Made by a program: the position numbers and the translations under genes
Assembly (NCBI GenBank): GCA_963828485.1
Contig: CAWHEV010000009.1
Span: 135,318-199,317 of the forward strand
Direction: 5' to 3'
Length of the DNA stretch: 64,000 bases
Source of the DNA: an uncultured Chloroflexia bacterium
GTDB taxonomy: Bacteria > Chloroflexota > Limnocylindria > QHBO01
Part shown: positions 59,224 through 64,000 of the stretch, one piece after another
How positions within the stretch are numbered: the first letter of the stretch is position 1
Layout: every line of letters begins with the position of its first letter
The notes under the pieces: model-generated
Database searches by the model: none
Seen by the model: only the letters and a program-made list of their open reading frames with translations
Told to the model about the DNA's origin: nothing

Positions 59224-60750
59224 TCAGGCGGCGGTCTCCTCTGCCGGAGCATCCTCGCCACCGTACACGTCGTCCACGCGATCGAGCGCGGCGGGGTTCC
59301 GTGCCCGGAGCACGAAGTACACGACGAGGCCGAGCAGGACCCAGACCCCGACGACCGGCGCCGTGTAGCGCAGCGAGTTCTCGTACGGCGCGAGCTCGAT
59401 GTCGAGGATCGGGATCGTCACGCCGCCGATGACGGCCAGCACGGCCGGGATCATGGCGATGACGCCCAGTATCGGCACGACGATGTGCTTGAGCGGGTTG
59501 AACTCGCTGCGGCCTTCGCGCAGGAAGTAGCCGATGCACGCGAGGTTGACCAGGATGTAGATCGAGGCGAAGAGGAGCCCGACGAGCGTCCCGAGCCAGA
59601 TGTACACATTCAGCCCCGGAGCCCCTTCGATCGGGTCATCGGTGAGCACCAGTCCCAGGGCGATGACGACGATGATCGCCAGCACCGCCTGGAAGTGGAC
59701 GGCGTTGACCGGGGCGCGGGTCCCTGGACTGACCGCTGCGAAAAATCGCGGCAGCAGGGATGCTCTGCCCATGGCGAACAGCGACCTCGTCGCCGCCGTG
59801 GCGCTCGAGTTTGCGTTCGCGACACAGCTGTTGAGGATGGCGAAGATCACGAGCAGGCCGCCGAGCGTGCCCATCACCTCGGTGGCCATGCCGCCCCACG
59901 GATCGCCGTCATTGGCGGCGAGGAAGTCGGTCATGTTGTCGGGGCCGAAGTACACCGTCGCGGCGTACATGTTGAACACGTAGAACAGACCGACGAGGAC
60001 CGCCGACCAGATCACCGCCTTGGGGATCGTGCTCCGCGGCTCTGCCGTCTCCTCGCCGAGCGGCGCAGCTGCCTCGAAGCCGATGAAGGCCAGCAGGCAG
60101 AAGATCATCCCCTGGAACGCCGGCAACACCCCGTCGTCGCCGGGGATGAAGACGCTGAGCGTGTTCTCCTCGGCGTTGATGATGAGAAGGCTCGAGATGA
60201 GCAGGAAGATCCCGATCTCGATGACTCCGAGGGCGACGCCCGTCCGAGTCGAGAGCGCGATGCCCCGATAGTTCAGGAACCACACGAGCGCCGCGCAGAC
60301 GAGCGCCAGGACGATCCAGGCCATCTCGAACTCGATGTTGAGGTACGTCGACAGGAAGATCGCGCCGTAGAAGCCGAAGCCGCCGAGAAGGATCGGCATG
60401 ATCAAGGGCTCCGCGAACGCGAACGACCACGCGACCATCCAGCCGAAGAACGAGCCGAGGCCGCGCCCGACGTACGTGTACATCCCGCCGGCCGATGGGA
60501 GGTGCCGCGCCAGCTCGCTCATCGAGTAGGCCGTGAAGAGCACCGCGATCATGGCGAACACCAACGAGAGCGGAGTGATCCCGCCGGCGAACGCCGTCGC
60601 GGCGCCGATGGAGATCGCGGTCGCCACGGCAGGCGCCATGTGGGTGATGGATTGGAACAGGACCTCGGTCAGGCCGATCGCGTTTGACGCGAGTCCGGGA
60701 GACGAGTCCTGGGGCGGCGCCGGATCAACGCTGGACGGGATGGCGGTCAT
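59224..60750 (-). CDS. APC superfamily amino-acid permease
   Basis: 508 aa with 12 predicted TM helices and a typical APC N-terminus. Confidence 0.85.
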   Translation of the reverse strand: MTAIPSSVDPAPPQDSSPGLASNAIGLTEVLFQSITHMAPAVATAISIGAATAFAGGITPLSLVFAMIAVLFTAYSMSELARHLPSAGGMYTYVGRGLGSFFGWMVAWSFAFAEPLIMPILLGGFGFYGAIFLSTYLNIEFEMAWIVLALVCAALVWFLNYRGIALSTRTGVALGVIEIGIFLLISSLLIINAEENTLSVFIPGDDGVLPAFQGMIFCLLAFIGFEAAAPLGEETAEPRSTIPKAVIWSAVLVGLFYVFNMYAATVYFGPDNMTDFLAANDGDPWGGMATEVMGTLGGLLVIFAILNSCVANANSSATAATRSLFAMGRASLLPRFFAAVSPGTRAPVNAVHFQAVLAIIVVIALGLVLTDDPIEGAPGLNVYIWLGTLVGLLFASIYILVNLACIGYFLREGRSEFNPLKHIVVPILGVIAMIPAVLAVIGGVTIPILDIELAPYENSLRYTAPVVGVWVLLGLVVYFVLRARNPAALDRVDDVYGGEDAPAEETAA

Positions 60751-60846
60751 GGGTCAACCTCCTCCGCTGAGCCCCCATGCGGCCAAACGTGGCGCTCTCG
60801 CTGGGACCTTCGTACCCAGGCCGCGGCGTAAGTCTAGGACCCTCCG

Positions 60847-61977
60847 TCAAGGCTCCGGTGTAGCGGGCCCTCGTGCTCCGAGGATCTCCGGCGTGTGCTC
60901 ACCCAGGCGTGGTGGCGGGAGGCGCGCCGCTCCTGTGGCCCCGTCGATCCTGATCGGGCTGGGTGGCATCTCCACGCCATCGAGCGTGCTCGTCCATCCG
61001 TCTCCGAGGGCTGCGAGCGCCTCGGGAACGGTGTTCACCGGCCCGGCCGGAACATCGGCGGCGAGCAGCGCCCCGAGCAGCTCTTCGCGCGCGCGGGCTT
61101 CGATCGCGCGTCCGAGCCATCCCGTGAGCTCGCCGCGCTCCGCCAGGCGCTGCGGGTTCGTCGCGAAGCGGCCCTGGCTATCGGCCAGACCGAGGACATC
61201 GAGCAGCCGGGCGAACTGCGCGTCGTTGCCGACCGCCACGACGAGGTGCCCATCCGCAGCGGTGAATGACTGGTACGGCGCGATGTTGGGGTGCGCGTTG
61301 CCGTGCCGCCGTGGCTCTGCGCCGGAGGCGAGGTGGTTGCCGAGCACGTTGATCAGCGACGTCACCCCCACCTCGATGAGGCCGACCTCGACCCGGCGGA
61401 CGCGACCACGGCCGACGAGCGCCGCGAGGGCGCCGATGGCGCACTCGAGCCCGGCGATCAGGTCCAGAACGGCCACGCCGACCTTCGTCGGCGGCCCATC
61501 GGGCTCGCCGGTGATCGACATGAGGCCGCTCACCGCCTGGGCCAGCAGGTCGTAGGCCGCGCGGTCGGCATCGGCGCCGCCGAAGCCTCCGACGCTGGCG
61601 ACGACCAGGTTCGGATGGCGAGCGCTGAGCGCATCGGCCTCGAGCCCGAGCCGTGCCGCGGTCGCGGGTCGGTAGTTGTGGACCAGCAGGTCCGCCGTCG
61701 CCAGCAGGCCGTCCATGGCCTCGCGCCCGGCCGGGGTGCGGAGGTCGATGACCACGGAGCGCTTGTTGCGGTTGACCGATGCGAAGTACGCGCTGCGCCG
61801 ATCCGCCGGGTCACCCCACCACGGCGGGCCCCAGGCACGCGTCTCGTCCCCCTCGGGTGGCTCCACCTTGATGACGTCGGCGCCGAGATCGGCGAGGAGC
61901 ATCGTCGCGAATGGGCCTGCCAGCACCCGGCTGGCGTCGATGACGCTGGTGCCTGTCAGTGGCGCGGTCCGGTCCAT
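60847..61977 (-). CDS. CoA-transferase family III (CaiB/BaiF) protein
   Basis: 376 aa with the SVIDASRVLAGPFATMLLADLGADVIKVE N-terminus and the conserved GVAVLDLIAGL region. Confidence 0.85.
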   Translation of the reverse strand: MDRTAPLTGTSVIDASRVLAGPFATMLLADLGADVIKVEPPEGDETRAWGPPWWGDPADRRSAYFASVNRNKRSVVIDLRTPAGREAMDGLLATADLLVHNYRPATAARLGLEADALSARHPNLVVASVGGFGGADADRAAYDLLAQAVSGLMSITGEPDGPPTKVGVAVLDLIAGLECAIGALAALVGRGRVRRVEVGLIEVGVTSLINVLGNHLASGAEPRRHGNAHPNIAPYQSFTAADGHLVVAVGNDAQFARLLDVLGLADSQGRFATNPQRLAERGELTGWLGRAIEARAREELLGALLAADVPAGPVNTVPEALAALGDGWTSTLDGVEMPPSPIRIDGATGAARLPPPRLGEHTPEILGARGPATPEP

Positions 61978-62003
61978 GCAGTGGCGACGCTAGCATGATG
62001 CCC

Positions 62004-62909
62004 ATGAAGATCGGACTGATGCTGCCCCTCGGGGCCGATGAGACGAGCGGCTTTGCCGACCTGCGCGCCATGGCTGTCGAAGCGGAGGCGTCCGGCCTCG
62101 ATTCTGTCTGGGGCGCCGACCACCTCATCTTCCGCGACGATGGCGAAACGGTCGGGATCCACGAGTGCTGGACCGTGCTGACCGCGGTCGCGGCGCTCAC
62201 GTCGCGGGTCGAGATCGGACCGCTTGTGCTGGCCGTGCCGTTCCGGAATCCGGCGCTGATCGCCAAGATGGCCGCCGAGCTCGACGAGGTGAGCGGCGGG
62301 CGGCTCATCCTGGGCCTCGGATGTGGCTGGCACGAGCCGGAATTCGACGCGTTCGGCTACCCGTTCGACCATCGGGTCGGGCGGTTCGAGGAGGGCATGA
62401 GGATCATCGCCCCGCTCCTGCGCGGCGAGACGGTCACGTTCGAGGGCCGATACCACCGCGCGGTCGATGCCGAGCTCATCCCGCGCCCGGTGCGTGACGG
62501 CGGGCCGCCGATCCTGATCGCCGGCAAGCAGCCCCGCATGCTCGGGCTGGTGAGCGAGTACGCCTCACAGTGGAACTCCGCCTGGTACGGCTTCCCCGAC
62601 CGCGCCGACGTGCTCCGCACGCGCCTGGCCGACCTGTCCGCGGCGCTCGAGTCAGCCGGTCGGGACCCGTCGACGCTGACCCGCACGGCGGGCATCTTCG
62701 TCGCCTTCGACGGGGCCGATGCCGAGGATGTCGAACGCTCGATTCACGGCTCACGCGAGGAGATCGCCGATGGCCTCGCGGGCTATGCCGAGCTGGGGAT
62801 CCAGCACGTCATCGCGCACGTCTTCCCGCGCACTCCCGCGGCGGTGAAGGGTCTCGGCGAGGCTGCCTCGCTGGCCCGCGAGCGCCTGGGGGTCGCCACG
62901 CCGGCGTGA
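62004..62909 (+). CDS. LLM-class F420/flavin-dependent oxidoreductase
   Basis: 301 aa from ATG 62004 (MKIGLMLP...). Luciferase-like TIM-barrel motifs. Confidence 0.78.
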   Translation: MKIGLMLPLGADETSGFADLRAMAVEAEASGLDSVWGADHLIFRDDGETVGIHECWTVLTAVAALTSRVEIGPLVLAVPFRNPALIAKMAAELDEVSGGRLILGLGCGWHEPEFDAFGYPFDHRVGRFEEGMRIIAPLLRGETVTFEGRYHRAVDAELIPRPVRDGGPPILIAGKQPRMLGLVSEYASQWNSAWYGFPDRADVLRTRLADLSAALESAGRDPSTLTRTAGIFVAFDGADAEDVERSIHGSREEIADGLAGYAELGIQHVIAHVFPRTPAAVKGLGEAASLARERLGVATPA

Positions 62910-62920
62910 GGGCGACGAAC

Positions 62921-63520
62921 CTAGGCAACGATCCCCATCAGCACGTGGCGCACCGGCCGCCGCGCGCGCCGGATGCGTGAGAGGTTGGCGCCGACCACGC
63001 GCTGACCGCACGTTGCGCAGACGGACCATCGACCGTCGCGGCGCAACCGCACGGAGTGCTCCGGCACGAGGACCTGCCAGCGCCGCCGGGGACGGGCGCG
63101 CAGCCGAGCCCTGTGGTCCGCGAGCGCGGCCGACGCACCGGGCACCCGGAGTGCCGCGGCATGCCGGAGCGAGCTGCGGTAGCGGCCCGACTCCAGCCGC
63201 AGCGCGTCGGCGTCGGGGATGCCGTGGCGCCGGTAGAGATCGAACGCAACGGTGTAGAAGGCAAGCCCGTGGTGCTCGGCGCGCCTGCGTCGGCCACGGC
63301 GGGTCGACGATGACAGCCAGTGGGCCAGCTCGTGCAGGAGCGTCAGGCGCTGGTCGAGCGGATCGGTGCCGGCTCGAACCGAGACGAGGCCGGCATCGCG
63401 GCGCGCGATGCCGGTGGACTGCTCGCTCGGCCGTCGCCGCCACGTCAGCCGGGGTGGCGCCACGCCCGCCTCGGCGCACACCGTGGCGACCAGGTCCGTT
63501 GCCCAGTCCGGCGACGTCAT
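62921..63520 (-). CDS. SprT-like zinc metallopeptidase-fold protein with C-terminal zinc ribbon
   Basis: HExxH motif in LTLLHELAHW. C-terminal CATCGQ zinc-ribbon element. Start at ATG 63518-63520, which overlaps the upstream gene's stop (ATGA). The ORF is open to 63559. Confidence 0.55.
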   Translation of the reverse strand: MTSPDWATDLVATVCAEAGVAPPRLTWRRRPSEQSTGIARRDAGLVSVRAGTDPLDQRLTLLHELAHWLSSSTRRGRRRRAEHHGLAFYTVAFDLYRRHGIPDADALRLESGRYRSSLRHAAALRVPGASAALADHRARLRARPRRRWQVLVPEHSVRLRRDGRWSVCATCGQRVVGANLSRIRRARRPVRHVLMGIVA

Positions 63521-63783
63521 CGGCGCTCGCGGAGGAGGCGGCCGACCTCGACGAGCCATGCGTCGAGGTCACGGTCGGCGTAGCGGAGCTCGTCGTAGGT
63601 GTAGCCGATCATGTCGGCGCCGTGCATCGCCACGTAGTCCGCAGGTGTGACGGCGCCGTACGGGAATGCACGAGCCGCAAGCGCCTCGCGCGCCGGGTCG
63701 GCCTCCGGCCGATGTTCGGGTCGACGAGCGTCGTGTCGGGCGCGCCAACGCTCGGTCAACTGATCGAGCCGCCGCCTGTTCAC
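63517..63783 (-). CDS. small Arg-rich hypothetical protein, translationally coupled to the SprT-like gene
   Basis: 88 aa with a GTG start at 63783. Coding-like composition. Confidence 0.4.
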   Translation of the reverse strand: MNRRRLDQLTERWRARHDARRPEHRPEADPAREALAARAFPYGAVTPADYVAMHGADMIGYTYDELRYADRDLDAWLVEVGRLLRERR

Positions 63784-63803
63784 CCGGCGAGCCTAGCGCA
63801 TCG

Positions 63804-63824
63804 GCATTCCGAGCTGTGGAATGC
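63804..63824. promoter_or_regulatory. perfect inverted repeat GCATTCC-N7-GGAATGC upstream of the 63783 gene (candidate operator)
   Basis: GCATTCCGAGCTGTGGAATGC, 21-41 nt upstream of the GTG start of the small gene/SprT-like pair. Its AT content is unusual for this genome. Confidence 0.35.
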
Positions 63825-63839
63825 GGGCCACGTCGGCGA

Positions 63840-64000
63840 TCAGGCCGGCTAGGCCCCCGACTCGCCGGATGCAGCGGCAGTCGCGGCATCCTCGACGGCG
63901 GTGGCGGTCTCAGCATCGATCGGGACTGCCTGGACCTCGGCCGCGTCGGGGAGGGTCTCCTTCACCGCGTCGACCGCGGCAAGGTCGACCACGGCGACGA
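63840..64000 (-). CDS. 3' end of an unidentified gene running off the window
   Basis: Open minus-strand frame ending at TAG 63840-63842 (...VDLAAVDAVKETLPDAAEVQAVPIDAETATAVEDAATAAASGESGA*). No start codon within the window. Confidence 0.3.

Overview
This 64 kb window is dense, very high-GC (about 70%) bacterial chromosomal sequence. Almost all of it is coding on both strands, and it has an actinobacterial flavour: F420-type luciferase-like oxidoreductases, leaderless-looking promoters, GTG/TTG starts and 4-nt stop/start overlaps. I found no transposase, integrase, phage genes or CRISPR array; the region looks like core chromosome with a few accessory-looking pockets.

What the window contains, in order:
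- A pentose-phosphate operon, tkt-tal-pgi-gnd-zwf, on the minus strand.
- A zinc-ribbon protein, pncA, a helix-turn-helix protein with a long Pro/Glu/Ala-rich tail, glgP, a coiled-coil M23 peptidase and a YihY/BrkB-family membrane protein.
- Dispersed NHEJ-type DNA-repair genes: a stand-alone LigD-type polymerase domain, a LigC-like ATP-dependent ligase about 8 kb away, and an Lhr helicase. No Ku gene is present in the window.
- A pocket of uncharacterised membrane proteins: a SHOCT-domain protein with a membrane protein, a small membrane protein translationally coupled to a 600-aa protein whose motifs suggest a Vps62/DUF946-like domain, a minimal 2-TM K+ channel, and a DUF6325-like protein.
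- An ECF sigma factor fused to a roughly 240-aa unknown C-terminal domain, next to a DUF885 protein.
- A putative operon of a membrane-anchored hypothetical protein, a beta-CASP MBL-fold ribonuclease and a DUF62 SAM hydroxide adenosyltransferase.
- An amino-acid ABC transporter and a Cys-rich membrane-anchored protein with a structured, lower-GC leader.
- A bactofilin-like repeat protein, a small membrane protein and a secreted protein upstream of lhr.
- A copper-type locus: a winged-helix regulator, a His-rich membrane protein, a membrane protein coupled to a cupredoxin lipoprotein, and DUF4342. copA and a YHS-domain protein sit about 6 kb further on, behind an inverted-repeat operator candidate.
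- A four-gene operon (ABC ATPase, ABC-2 permease, amidohydrolase, DSD1-like PLP enzyme) carrying three single-base frameshifts in its two middle genes.
- Also: glgA, two ABC ATPase/ABC-2 permease pairs, an esterase, ypfJ, a GH15 hydrolase, two LLM oxidoreductases, a tRNA-Gly(TCC), a formamidase, an APC permease, a CoA-transferase, and a SprT-like metalloprotease operon preceded by a perfect inverted repeat.

I cannot point to one clear-cut new system with confidence. The best candidates for something undescribed are the SHOCT / Vps62-like / K+ channel membrane pocket, the membrane-protein / beta-CASP / SAM-hydrolase operon, the ECF-sigma fusion, and the split NHEJ-like gene set.
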